From: a virus
Taxonomy: Duplodnaviria > Caudoviricetes
Strand: one strand, 5' to 3'
Virus record (IMG/VR): IMGVR_UViG_2791355306_000002
Location: 2,603 to 66,602 of that record
Length of the DNA: 64,000 bases
This document shows, one piece after another, positions 48,643-58,496 of the stretch. Every line of letters starts with the position of its first letter. Position 1 is the first letter of the stretch. The notes under the pieces were generated by a model. The model made no database searches. It was given only the letters and a program-made list of their open reading frames with translations, and was not told where the DNA came from. Made by a program: the position numbers and the translations under genes.

Positions 48643-49121
48643 TAATGGATATAGACTTTTCAGAATACGAAATTGATAAAGAAGGATTTATCAAAGAATT
48701 AGAAGATAGAGGATACTCTACTGTTAGAGAGATATTTGATTACCTAGGTGATGATATAGAAGAGATTTTATGGCATTGTAGAGATATTACAAAGCATGGT
48801 ATAGAGTCAGGATTTGGTAATTTCATCTATTATAGTGATACTGTAAAATTTTATAAAGATAATGCAAAAGAGATATTAAATCATCTAAAAGAGCTAGCTG
48901 GCTTTATGTATGATGATGAAGATACTTCATTAATCACATATCTTTATGAAAATGAAGTTTATAAGATATATTTAGAAGAGATGTTACTTGGAAATCCTGA
49001 TAGACTATATAATCACTTTACATGGATGTATGTTCAAGACATTATTACTGGGATAATGGGAGAGATGGATTATGTCTTATTAGATTATGCTACTTCTAAA
49101 GATGAAGATGATGATGAATAA
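48639..49121 (+). CDS. Highly acidic protein, paralog of 48130
   Basis: EIDKEGF, HGIESGFGNFIYYSDT, LYNHFTWMYVQ. Confidence 0.75.
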   Translation: MIMDIDFSEYEIDKEGFIKELEDRGYSTVREIFDYLGDDIEEILWHCRDITKHGIESGFGNFIYYSDTVKFYKDNAKEILNHLKELAGFMYDDEDTSLITYLYENEVYKIYLEEMLLGNPDRLYNHFTWMYVQDIITGIMGEMDYVLLDYATSKDEDDDE

Positions 49122-49197
49122 TACACTTTCTTTAATATCAGATATAGCAGCTGGTACTTTATTAGTAGGTATTATTCTATATTGGATATTTTCATGA
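49114..49197 (+). CDS. 27-aa membrane peptide (MNNTLSLISDIAAGTLLVGIILYWIFS)
   Basis: Overlaps the upstream stop and fills the gap. Confidence 0.5.
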   Translation: MNNTLSLISDIAAGTLLVGIILYWIFS

Positions 49198-49211
49198 TTA
49201 GGAGAGATAAG

Positions 49212-49415
49212 ATGAAAAAGATACCACTATTTAGATTAGCAGAGATTATGGATTTCTGGAGTGGAGCTAATCAAGGTGATTATTATCCTTCTGATATAGA
49301 AGAGCTATTAAGCGAAGTCCAAGAGTATGATTTTACAGATGTAAAAGATAATCTTATTACTTCTTTAAAAAGTTTTATGGACTATGAGAAAAAGTTAGAA
49401 CTACAAAATAAGTAA
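49212..49415 (+). CDS. Small acidic protein, paralog of 49426
   Basis: AGGAG SD supports the 49212 start; MKKIPL..EYDFTDVK. Confidence 0.7.
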   Translation: MKKIPLFRLAEIMDFWSGANQGDYYPSDIEELLSEVQEYDFTDVKDNLITSLKSFMDYEKKLELQNK

Positions 49416-49425
49416 AGGAGAACAA

Positions 49426-49623
49426 ATGAAAGAAATACCTTTAGAAGAATTAGAAGCACTGATAAATAGATTGTACCATGCTGAGAGAGGAGAAATTAGT
49501 ACTCTGACTATAGGAATTACTATAGACTGCATAGAAGAGTACGATTTCACAAACATAAAAGAGAGACTTCTTCAAAGGTTTCAAGCTGTATTTGATGAAC
49601 AAAACAGACTAGGACAAATATAA
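49426..49623 (+). CDS. Small acidic protein, paralog of 49212
   Basis: MKEIPL..EYDFTNIK. Confidence 0.7.
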   Translation: MKEIPLEELEALINRLYHAERGEISTLTIGITIDCIEEYDFTNIKERLLQRFQAVFDEQNRLGQI

Positions 49624-49643
49624 GCTAGATGAAAGGAGAGTAA

Positions 49644-49715
49644 ATGATTGATTTTATACTTTTATTAATAGCTATCTATATAGGATATAGGTTAGCTAAA
49701 AAGGTAATGAAGTGA
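49644..49715 (+). CDS. 23-aa membrane peptide (MIDFILLLIAIYIGYRLAKKVMK)
   Basis: AAGGAG SD; TGA overlaps the GTG of the polymerase C-terminal gene. Confidence 0.6.
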   Translation: MIDFILLLIAIYIGYRLAKKVMK

Positions 49716-50767
49716 GTTTAGAAGAAGTCTTAAATCTAGTTAAAGATTATCTAAAGATAAGTAAAGATTTATCTATGTTATTAGAGGGTAAAGGTAGTTT
49801 TATAAACTGCTATAACCCTACAACCCATAGAGTTCATGGTAAAGTAGATACTCTGGGGGCAGTAACTCAAAGATGTACTCATAATTCTCCTAACATAACT
49901 CAACTACCTAAAACTAGAGAGTTTAGAGAGCTTCTTACAGTCCCTGATGGTAAGGTATTAATAGATGTCGATGCTGGAGCATTGGAACTTGTAACACTAG
50001 GACACTACTTAGGCAAATTTGATAATTATGAATTTGCTAAGATTGTTGATAGTGGAGATAAATCTAAAGGTACAGATATTCATACTATCAATCAAAAAAG
50101 AGTAGGACTAGCTACTAGAGACCTAGCTAAAACATTTATATACTCAGTTGTCTATGGAGCTGGTAATACTAAAATTGGTGATTCTCTATGGACTGAAGGT
50201 CAAGAAGTCAAATATACTGCTAAAGAGTATCAAGAAGCTAAAGAAGCAGTAGATAAAAGAGTCATATATCTAGAAGGTAAAAAGTTCTTCCCAATAGCTA
50301 AAGGGACTCTAACTCCTTATAGCGAAGAACTAATCTTAAAAACCATATTTGGAACACAAGTATCCATAGCTTTTAGAGATAATACTAAAGGTTATAGAGA
50401 ACTTTGTGAATGGGCTATCTCTTCAGTTAATAACAACTATATATCTGCTTTAGATGGTAGAAAGTTATATCTTAGATCAGCTCATAAAGCTCTTAATCTA
50501 TATCTACAATCAGCTGGAGCTATCTATATGAAATATCTATTATGCCATATAGATAATCAACTAAGAGAGAAATATCAATATGGTAAAGAATTTGGTTATG
50601 TTGCAAATATCCACGATGCGATTAATATAGAGTGTAATCCTGACATAGCTAATGATATATGTGAAATATTATCTCAATCTTTCTTAGATACTTCATACAA
50701 TCTAGGATTTAAATATCCAGTTTATGGAGAACCTAAAATTGGTAAAAACCAATATGAAACACATTAA
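49712..50767 (+). CDS. Family A DNA polymerase, C-terminal catalytic part (T7-like)
   Basis: GAVTQRCTHNSPN, DVDAGALE, RDLAKTFIY..YGAG, ALN..QSAGA, NIHD. Confidence 0.93.
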   Translation: MSLEEVLNLVKDYLKISKDLSMLLEGKGSFINCYNPTTHRVHGKVDTLGAVTQRCTHNSPNITQLPKTREFRELLTVPDGKVLIDVDAGALELVTLGHYLGKFDNYEFAKIVDSGDKSKGTDIHTINQKRVGLATRDLAKTFIYSVVYGAGNTKIGDSLWTEGQEVKYTAKEYQEAKEAVDKRVIYLEGKKFFPIAKGTLTPYSEELILKTIFGTQVSIAFRDNTKGYRELCEWAISSVNNNYISALDGRKLYLRSAHKALNLYLQSAGAIYMKYLLCHIDNQLREKYQYGKEFGYVANIHDAINIECNPDIANDICEILSQSFLDTSYNLGFKYPVYGEPKIGKNQYETH

Positions 50768-50776
50768 GGATCTAAT

Positions 50777-50944
50777 ATGTATTACCCAAGTTGTGATGAT
50801 GAAGCTATGATGTATTATTACTACAAGCTTGAAGAAGAACAGCAAAAACATATACAAAAAAGAAAATTTATATACCAAATTTTAAAACATATAAAGGATA
50901 GAAAATGCAAACAATTCCAGGAGAAGAGATTATTAGCAAGTTAG
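50777..50944 (+). CDS. 55-aa hypothetical protein
   Basis: AAGGA SD, fills the gap after the polymerase. Confidence 0.45.
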   Translation: MYYPSCDDEAMMYYYYKLEEEQQKHIQKRKFIYQILKHIKDRKCKQFQEKRLLAS

Positions 50945-51114
50945 AGCCTCTAGTAGATCTATTAGAAGAGTATATGATTTCAGATATATTAACTCAAGAA
51001 GTAGGATATACAAAGGCTGATTTAGAAGCTCTAGCTTCATATCTAGATGAGTTAGCTTCAGAAGCTATTAATGCAAGAAAAACTTGTGTAATATTGTTAA
51101 AGGATTTTGAATGA
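50905..51114 (+). CDS. Small acidic hypothetical protein
   Basis: ORF with SD. Confidence 0.65.
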   Translation: MQTIPGEEIISKLEPLVDLLEEYMISDILTQEVGYTKADLEALASYLDELASEAINARKTCVILLKDFE

Positions 51115-51145
51115 TAGAAAACAATGATTTAAATGAGGAGTAAGT

Positions 51146-51451
51146 ATGTATGGAATAGACTTAGATATATACAAAGTATATAATGATGTAGATATTTTAG
51201 ATTTAATGCTAAGACAAGATGAGATATGGGATTATCTATTATCTACTCCACAATTTGAAGAGTATCTGCAAGATTTAGCTAAATCTTTTGATTCAGATTT
51301 AGAAGAAGCAAAAGAGTATTTTGAAGATAACTCTTGGTCTAAGATGAAAGGATTTGTATTAGAAAACAAAGATATCCAAGAGTATTTAAATAAAAATCTA
51401 ACTATAGATTTTCATAAACTAAGATTTAGATTATTAAAGGAGTCATCATAG
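51146..51451 (+). CDS. Acidic hypothetical protein
   Basis: GAGGAG SD. Confidence 0.65.
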   Translation: MYGIDLDIYKVYNDVDILDLMLRQDEIWDYLLSTPQFEEYLQDLAKSFDSDLEEAKEYFEDNSWSKMKGFVLENKDIQEYLNKNLTIDFHKLRFRLLKESS

Positions 51452-51534
51452 ATATATTTTTATATTTAATTCTACAAATAAATTTACCTTCTAAACCTCA
51501 TCACTTATCAGAGTTTAAAACAATCTATACAAAT

Positions 51535-51885
51535 ATGCAGAATAAAAACATAGCAAAAGCTATATATACATATCAAGCTAGTAAAGCTTACAATATAGAT
51601 TCTAAACTTCTTACAACTTTGATAAATTCAGAATCAAGCTATAAAGCAAATTCTAAACATAGCTTAGATTATGTATCAGGTCTAGCTGGTATAAATAGTA
51701 GATATTGGGATATCCCTAATAAGAGTATTAAAGAACAGATATTTGCTGGAGCTTATGTTCTTAGATACTATCTAAATAGATATAAAGGAGATACTCTAAA
51801 AGCTTTAACTGCCTATAAAGGTATTAGTAACCTAGGTAGAAGACAAGCTAAAGCTGTTTATAATAAATACTTAAAAATATCTTAA
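51535..51885 (+). CDS. Lytic transglycosylase (SLT) domain protein
   Basis: LINSESSY, GLAGIN, GAYVL, ALTAYKG; true start uncertain. Confidence 0.75.
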   Translation: MQNKNIAKAIYTYQASKAYNIDSKLLTTLINSESSYKANSKHSLDYVSGLAGINSRYWDIPNKSIKEQIFAGAYVLRYYLNRYKGDTLKALTAYKGISNLGRRQAKAVYNKYLKIS

Positions 51886-51895
51886 AGGAGAGTAA

Positions 51896-52009
51896 ATGAA
51901 CACCAATCTCACACTTATAGGAGGAGTTCTAACTGCAATAACATTAGCTCTATTTGTATTTGAAGCAGTAGTATTAATGGATAGTCTTGCATATCTATAT
52001 TTTAAATAG
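51896..52009 (+). CDS. 37-aa membrane peptide
   Basis: AAGGAG SD; MNTNLTLIGGVLTAITLALFVFEAVVLMDSLAYLYFK. Confidence 0.6.
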   Translation: MNTNLTLIGGVLTAITLALFVFEAVVLMDSLAYLYFK

Positions 52010-52024
52010 AAAGGAAAAGTCTTA

Positions 52025-54244
52025 ATGAGTAGTACATTAGAACTTCTAGAGACAGAACTTAAATCTAGAGGAGTATTTTCTACTCCACTACCTAGATTTA
52101 TTACTGAACTAGCTGATTCTATCCCCAATTCTAAATTAGACCCTAAGATGAAACTAACAATAGCAGTAAGTGAGTTAATTTTATTTGCTTCTGAATTTAG
52201 AAGAAATATCAAACATTGGAATAACTCACTAATCCCAATTAATGCTATTACCTTTTGTATCAGTGCTAGTGGTACTGGTAAAGATAGTAGTATTAATGCT
52301 ATGAGAAAGAATTTCTTAGATGGTTATGAAGTAATCAATGCTTTAAGAGTAGATAAAGCTAAATCCCTAGCTAAATCAATAGCTAAATCTAAAGGTCTAG
52401 CTATGTCTGATAGTCCTGATGTATATGAGAAATTCTATGAAAAACCTATGCCACTATTTGTAGCTCCATCAACTAATGAAGGATTTATTCAATATCTAAA
52501 TGAACTAGATAGAAGTGGTATAGGCTCAGGATTTATATTATCAGGTGAATTTGGAGCTGAACTGCTTACTAGCCCTACTATCATAGCTAATCTTCAGTTA
52601 TTGGCTGAGTTATATGATGAAGGTAAGAAAGAAGTTAAAGTTCTAAAAGATAAAGAGAAACAGAGTGATGAGATAAAGAATCTGCCAGTATCTGCTTTAT
52701 TTATGGGAAGTCCAGAGAATATCTTATTTGATGAAGCAGTTAAGAAGAAATTCAAAACTGAATTTACCACTAAACTAGCTAGAAGAAGTTTTTTTAATTT
52801 TAATTACTTTGAGATTGAAGAACCATCTTATCAAAACATCTCAGAACTATTAAAAGCTGAAATAGCTATGGAGGATAAAGCTAGAGATTTAAATGAGAAG
52901 TATAAAAAAGAGTTTGAAAATTTAGCTCTAGAGCAGATTAAAAAGGTTGGAGTACCTTTAGAAGTAGATAAGGAAACTAGAGAGTTAGTTATCTTATATA
53001 AGAAATATAATGCAGAAAAAGCTGCCTTAGTTAATAGACAATACCCAATTACTCAATTAGTAATTATGCATTTATACTGGAAAGCTTTAAAACTTGCTGG
53101 AGCTTTAGCTCTTATAAAGAATAAAGACAGCATAGGAGTTACAGAGTATAAAGAGGCAATAGCTTTTACAGAACTCTTAAATGAAGATATGAAAAACTTT
53201 GAAATGGAGTTAGTAAAAGACCCTTATGAACTCTTTGTAGGATTTTGTCAAACAATACTTCAAGATAATAGATGTTTTATAGATACTCATACTTTAAAGA
53301 AGATGGGATATATCACATCTACATCAAACACTAGTAGTAAGTTAAAAGACCTAGCTAGTTTAGCTAGTAGTTATGACCCTACTGGTGTTTATAAGGTAAC
53401 TGATACAGGTATAGAATATACTAAGCTAGTTAAAACTTCTGATAGTGGAGTAAGCTATGTAGAAGTATCAGGAAGTAAAGATGATAGAAAGATAGCTTGT
53501 TCAAAGAACTTTAACTATGCTGTAGTAGAGTTTAAAACTCTAGCAAGAATGTTATCAAAAGATTTTGCTTATTCTCCATTTAAATTTAAAAATGGAGCAA
53601 GAAATAAAGCAAACATTGAAGGTGGAGTTAAATGGATAGCTCTTGATATAGATGATAGTTTATATACAGATCATCAAATGCATGAAATCTTACAAGATTA
53701 TAATCATCATATAGCAAGAACTAGTGATCCAAATAACCCTTATAAATTTAGAATCTTATTAGAATTAGATTCTATGGTAGATCTAGGTGATAAAGAGTAT
53801 AAAGCCTTTATAAAATCTATTGCTGATTATCTAGGATTAAAAGTAGATCTTTTACCTAAGAGTCAGATATATTTCTCATACTCTGGTAGAGAAGTATTAT
53901 CAGTTATAGATAAATATCCATTAGATACTAAAGATCATATTATGATAGCTTATGATAAGAGTTATAACTCTTCTTCTACAGAAGTCATAGATAAATACAC
54001 AAGCAAACAGAAAAAAGCTTTAATAGATGATCCATTAAATACCTTCTCATATGCTTTTGAAGCTCCTGAAGGAAAAGGTAGTGTAAGCCTATATAGAGCT
54101 GCTAAACATGCTAAAGATTTAGGTATGAGTAAAGAAGAAGTGATTAATCTAGTCAGAGACATTAACTCTTATTGGGTAAGACCAATGGATATAACAAGAT
54201 TAGAAAATACTTTAATCAACCAGATAGAAGGATGGAGTTTTTAA
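52025..54244 (+). CDS. P-loop ATPase (DUF3987-like) fused to a C-terminal AEP-type primase
   Basis: SASGTGKDS; later WIALDIDD, HHIARTS, KFRILL and a helical PriCT-like end. Confidence 0.7.
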   Translation: MSSTLELLETELKSRGVFSTPLPRFITELADSIPNSKLDPKMKLTIAVSELILFASEFRRNIKHWNNSLIPINAITFCISASGTGKDSSINAMRKNFLDGYEVINALRVDKAKSLAKSIAKSKGLAMSDSPDVYEKFYEKPMPLFVAPSTNEGFIQYLNELDRSGIGSGFILSGEFGAELLTSPTIIANLQLLAELYDEGKKEVKVLKDKEKQSDEIKNLPVSALFMGSPENILFDEAVKKKFKTEFTTKLARRSFFNFNYFEIEEPSYQNISELLKAEIAMEDKARDLNEKYKKEFENLALEQIKKVGVPLEVDKETRELVILYKKYNAEKAALVNRQYPITQLVIMHLYWKALKLAGALALIKNKDSIGVTEYKEAIAFTELLNEDMKNFEMELVKDPYELFVGFCQTILQDNRCFIDTHTLKKMGYITSTSNTSSKLKDLASLASSYDPTGVYKVTDTGIEYTKLVKTSDSGVSYVEVSGSKDDRKIACSKNFNYAVVEFKTLARMLSKDFAYSPFKFKNGARNKANIEGGVKWIALDIDDSLYTDHQMHEILQDYNHHIARTSDPNNPYKFRILLELDSMVDLGDKEYKAFIKSIADYLGLKVDLLPKSQIYFSYSGREVLSVIDKYPLDTKDHIMIAYDKSYNSSSTEVIDKYTSKQKKALIDDPLNTFSYAFEAPEGKGSVSLYRAAKHAKDLGMSKEEVINLVRDINSYWVRPMDITRLENTLINQIEGWSF

Positions 54245-55423
54245 ATGTTAAATAAAGAGCAGCAAGAGATAGTAAATGCTGTACTAAAAGGTGATAAGAG
54301 AATCTATATGCTTAATGGAGCAGCAGGAACTGGAAAGAGCTTTACTTTAAAATATATTATAGATAGCTATCCAGGGTCTATACTTCTAACTGCTACAACT
54401 AACAAAGCTAAAGACTTACTAACTTCTAGTACAAAGAGTGAGTGTATCACTACTCATAATGCCTTAGGTTTCAAGATGGTTAGAAATGGTTTAGAAGAGT
54501 ATCTATGTAAAGTAAGAGACCCTCTAACGGCTGACCTTTTAATTATTGATGAATACTCAATGTTACCTAAAGCTCTATGGGATAGTGCTGTTAATGGTGA
54601 GTATAAAAAGATACTCTTAGTTGGAGATGAAGCTCAATTACCTGCTATTGGTCTTAGAGCTAATATTACTCCTGAAGTTAAAGTTACTTTAACTAAGCAG
54701 ATGAGACAAAGCTCAAATAAGAAGCTAGAAGATTTTATGGGCAATCTAAGAGAGGCTATAGATACTAAAAGATATATAGATATATCTACTCTAGCTCTAC
54801 CTAGTTGTATTCATTTATATACACAACATAAGTACTTTTGTAAAGCTTATACAGATTGTAAAGATGATAAAAGAATTCTAGCTTACTCAAATAGAGTTGT
54901 AGATTCATATAACTCTAATATCAATTATAAAAAAGGTAAGTATAGTGTTGGAGATCTACTTATTCTAAATAAACCATTAGGACACTTAACTAATGGATCT
55001 ATAGTAGAAGTTGTAGGAGTAGTAGAGCATGATAAATACTTTGAACTAGAAGTAGATTTAACAACCACTACTAGAAAGATTAAAGTATTTAAAACACTTG
55101 CAGCTGAATATACATATATAGACCCTAGTATTATGAGTCCAGAAGAATATTGGAGAAGAGCTGATGAAGTATATAAACCAAAACATTTATACTCTTGTAC
55201 TATCCATAAATCTCAAGGACAAAGTATCAAATCAGTATTTATAGATCTAACAGATATAAAATCAGCTCTAACAAGAAAACCAACTAGGTTTAATAATTAC
55301 AATAAACCTATTAATGTTCAAGACTATATGAAACTTCTTTATGTAGCTATCTCTAGAATGCAAAAAGAAGCTCATATATTCATAGGAGATAAAAGAGATT
55401 ATCAGAAATTAAGGACAAAGTAA
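54245..55423 (+). CDS. SF1B (Dda/RecD-like) DNA helicase
   Basis: GAAGTGKS, IIDEYSM, GDEAQL, TIHKSQG, YVAISR. Confidence 0.92.
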   Translation: MLNKEQQEIVNAVLKGDKRIYMLNGAAGTGKSFTLKYIIDSYPGSILLTATTNKAKDLLTSSTKSECITTHNALGFKMVRNGLEEYLCKVRDPLTADLLIIDEYSMLPKALWDSAVNGEYKKILLVGDEAQLPAIGLRANITPEVKVTLTKQMRQSSNKKLEDFMGNLREAIDTKRYIDISTLALPSCIHLYTQHKYFCKAYTDCKDDKRILAYSNRVVDSYNSNINYKKGKYSVGDLLILNKPLGHLTNGSIVEVVGVVEHDKYFELEVDLTTTTRKIKVFKTLAAEYTYIDPSIMSPEEYWRRADEVYKPKHLYSCTIHKSQGQSIKSVFIDLTDIKSALTRKPTRFNNYNKPINVQDYMKLLYVAISRMQKEAHIFIGDKRDYQKLRTK

Positions 55424-55851
55424 TGAACATAACAGAGAATGAAAAAAGGTATTTGCAGATGAAGTATGAAGCATATCAAAGAGTAGCTCAAGATATGGGT
55501 AATGCTTTTATCCAAAGACTTGGAGACCTATTTCAAGCTATCCAAGAAAATAGAGATTTAACTCCATATGTCAAAAGAGTTATAAATCCATTTGAAGAAG
55601 ATGAGTTACCTACTCAAAAAGAGAGTGAGCCTGTAATAGAAGCTAAAGAGGTTAAACCTAAAGCTGTTAAATGGACTAAGGTCTATGAAGAAGCCCTACT
55701 CCATGCTAGTAAAGATAGCACTTCAAATAAAAGAAGAACATTAGAGTATCTAGAACAGACTTTACCATTTAGCAAAGCTGCTATTAAAAGGAAAGCTTAT
55801 AGATTAGGTTTAAAATGGAAGAAAGGAAAATTAGTGGATGCAAAAGCTTAA
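55423..55851 (+). CDS. Hypothetical protein, possible C-terminal HTH
   Basis: KWT..SKAAIKRKAYRLGL. Confidence 0.55.
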   Translation: MNITENEKRYLQMKYEAYQRVAQDMGNAFIQRLGDLFQAIQENRDLTPYVKRVINPFEEDELPTQKESEPVIEAKEVKPKAVKWTKVYEEALLHASKDSTSNKRRTLEYLEQTLPFSKAAIKRKAYRLGLKWKKGKLVDAKA

Positions 55852-56662
55852 ACCTTTAGATTATAAAGAAAACTATACAGATATCGTGCCTCAAGACTCT
55901 TTTAGAATCTCACCATCTATGATATCTAAATTCTCAGATAAGAAATGGGAATGGTATAGGTCTCAAGTATTAGGTGAGACTATTTTTGAAGGAAGTACTT
56001 CAACAGTGCTAGGGACAATTATCCATAGAATAGCTGAAGTATGTACTAAGCTAAAAACCAATGAAGAAAGAGAGGTATTAAGAACAGAAATTCCAAATTA
56101 TATTGAAAGTTTTTCTAATAATCCAGAGATAGATATTGCCCATATTAAAGAACAATATAAACCTATGGGTAATGCTCTACTGGACTATTTAAACATCTGG
56201 GGATATCCAGAGAGAAGTGAAGAAACCATAGCTTATAAGGTTTGTGATGGTGTATATGCTGCAGGTACTGCTGATGCTGTTATAGGTAATACTTTAATAG
56301 ATTATAAAACTACATCAAATCAAAATGTATCTGAATACTATATGCCTCAAAACTATAAAGTCCAACTTCTAACTTATGCTTGGATATATAGAAAGCTAGG
56401 TGTAGATATTCAAAATATTAGAATTGTTTGGATTACAAATAATATAGTAGGAAGAGTATCAGAAAAGACTGGTAAGCCTTTAAAAGATTATCCATCTAAA
56501 GTAATCCCTGTAACTCAGGTAATTACAAGTGAAGATATGGAGTTTATAGAGAGTTATCTAAAACTAATAGCTGAAACTTATCTTAAAGCTAAAGAGTGTC
56601 CAGAACTAACTTATCTATTATTTTCAGATTACAGATTAAAAGGAGAATTATGTCATCAATAA
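55838..56662 (+). CDS. PD-(D/E)XK exonuclease
   Basis: ISPS, GTIIH, GTADA..LIDYKT, QLLTY. Confidence 0.85.
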   Translation: MQKLKPLDYKENYTDIVPQDSFRISPSMISKFSDKKWEWYRSQVLGETIFEGSTSTVLGTIIHRIAEVCTKLKTNEEREVLRTEIPNYIESFSNNPEIDIAHIKEQYKPMGNALLDYLNIWGYPERSEETIAYKVCDGVYAAGTADAVIGNTLIDYKTTSNQNVSEYYMPQNYKVQLLTYAWIYRKLGVDIQNIRIVWITNNIVGRVSEKTGKPLKDYPSKVIPVTQVITSEDMEFIESYLKLIAETYLKAKECPELTYLLFSDYRLKGELCHQ

Positions 56663-57315
56663 AGCTACTAGTATCAGCTTATGAAAGTAGTGGTAAATCC
56701 ACATTAACATCTACAATTAAAGATGCTTTAGTTATTAATTTCGATAGAAAGGAGTATGGTTTCAATGTACCTCATGCAAACTTTACAAACTATGAAGGTA
56801 TGGGTTCAGTCATTAATTTTATCAATGAGAAAATTAAAAAGTATAAAGAAGCTTTTGGAACTCTTCCGAAAGTAGTTGTATTAGATACTGTTACACAGCT
56901 ATATTCAGCTATGGCTAGATATAATGGTAATAAATATACAGGATTTAATATCCACTCTCAAAACAACTCTGATACATTAGATTTTAACTCTTATGTTGAA
57001 GATATCTTAATTAAAAATGGTATTAGTGTAGTTATTGTAGCTCACACTACAGTTGATTCTGATAGTGGCAGGCATGTCATACCAGCTTCAGGACAATTTA
57101 GCAAAGCTGGAAGTTGGTTATCAGTAGTTAATGATGCTATATTTATAGAAAAAGCCACTGGAAAATTAGTTGTCCATTTTAGAGGATTTAAGTTCCCAAC
57201 AAGAACTACTTTAAAAGATACTCCTGATAAGATGGATATTGAAAATTTTGATATCAATGAATATATTGATAAATTAATCAATTCTAAAAACGAAGCTGAT
57301 AAATTCGTTCTTTAA
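56650..57315 (+). CDS. Sak4-like AAA recombination ATPase
   Basis: ESSGKST, VVLDTVT, VAH; start moved to 56650 after AAGGAG. Confidence 0.75.
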   Translation: MSSIKLLVSAYESSGKSTLTSTIKDALVINFDRKEYGFNVPHANFTNYEGMGSVINFINEKIKKYKEAFGTLPKVVVLDTVTQLYSAMARYNGNKYTGFNIHSQNNSDTLDFNSYVEDILIKNGISVVIVAHTTVDSDSGRHVIPASGQFSKAGSWLSVVNDAIFIEKATGKLVVHFRGFKFPTRTTLKDTPDKMDIENFDINEYIDKLINSKNEADKFVL

Positions 57316-57369
57316 TCAAACAAATTCAAAAATAAATAAACAAATAAATTCAATACAAAGGAAATAAAA

Positions 57370-58020
57370 ATGTCAATGTTTTTTACTGTAAAAAGAGATA
57401 TAGATTCTGTGAAAGAAGCTACAGGTGATTATATTAATACATCAGGTATCTATGATGTGATTATCAAATTCGTATCAGTTAATAGAAATGTTAATGGTTC
57501 TATATCTTTAGATTTTAATTGTGAGTATAAAGGTACTCCAGTAACAATCTATGGTCTAAGACTTACAAACAATGATGGTAGTGAGAATTTTCAAGCTAAG
57601 CTATTTAATAAACTATTAGTAATAGCAGGACTTGATGGTGTATCAGAACCTACAATTGAATCTCATGTAGTAGGTAAAGATAAAGCTCCTAAAGAGTTCT
57701 CAGTTATCACTGAACTTAGTGACCTAGCTGTAAAAGTTAGAATTCAATACAGTTATAGCTTATATGAAGGTAAGATAATTGAAAGAAGAGAGATTAAGAA
57801 CTTCTATAGAGAGAGTGATGGAGCTGTAGCTAGTGAAATTCTACTTGATAGTGGATTTGGTACTCAACTAGAAAAAGATAAGAAATATGCTGCTAATATC
57901 ACATACAATGATGGATTAACTGCTGAGACAATAGCTCAGTGGAAAGCAGATAAGAAAGCTGGGATAAATACAACTCCAGTCAATACTACCTCAGCTATGA
58001 ATAATGCAGATCCATTTTAA
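57370..58020 (+). CDS. Single-stranded DNA-binding protein
   Basis: SGIYDV, C-terminal DPF, position after the Sak4-like gene. Confidence 0.65.
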   Translation: MSMFFTVKRDIDSVKEATGDYINTSGIYDVIIKFVSVNRNVNGSISLDFNCEYKGTPVTIYGLRLTNNDGSENFQAKLFNKLLVIAGLDGVSEPTIESHVVGKDKAPKEFSVITELSDLAVKVRIQYSYSLYEGKIIERREIKNFYRESDGAVASEILLDSGFGTQLEKDKKYAANITYNDGLTAETIAQWKADKKAGINTTPVNTTSAMNNADPF

Positions 58021-58496
58021 TGGTTGAATCTTGGTTCATAGGTATAGATCCAGGTAAGAGTGGAGCTATGGCTGTAGTTAGGAAAGATAAGACAACAGAT
58101 ATCTATGATTTTGATTTAGATCTCTATATTGAGATATTAAAAGATATCAAAGAGGTATCTAATATAATCTCTATATATTTAGGAGTAGAGAAAGTCCATT
58201 CTATGCCTAATCAAGGAGTTAGCTCTACATTTACATTTGGACAAAGACTTGGAGAGATTGAAGGAGTATTAAAAACTATAGGGTTTAAATATGAATTAAT
58301 CCCTCCTCAAGTATGGCAAAAGAGTTGTGGTATTCCACCAAAATCAGATAAAAAAGTTATAGCAAGTATCATCTCTTCTTATTTTCCTCTAGCTAACCTA
58401 AATGGACCTAGAGGAGGATTAAAAGATGGTAGAAGTGATGCCTTAGGTATAGCTTATTACTTAAAACAAAAACACAAGGAGAATATTAATGGCTGA
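58020..58496 (+). CDS. RuvC-like Holliday junction resolvase
   Basis: IGIDPGKSGA, EKVHSMP.QGVSSTFTFG, DGRSDAL. Confidence 0.88.
   Translation: MVESWFIGIDPGKSGAMAVVRKDKTTDIYDFDLDLYIEILKDIKEVSNIISIYLGVEKVHSMPNQGVSSTFTFGQRLGEIEGVLKTIGFKYELIPPQVWQKSCGIPPKSDKKVIASIISSYFPLANLNGPRGGLKDGRSDALGIAYYLKQKHKENING

Noticed and set aside
48120-49711. Group I intron or intein in the DNA polymerase
   Set aside because: Interval is packed with ORFs, leaving no room for a ribozyme core; no intein end motifs; part 2 has its own start
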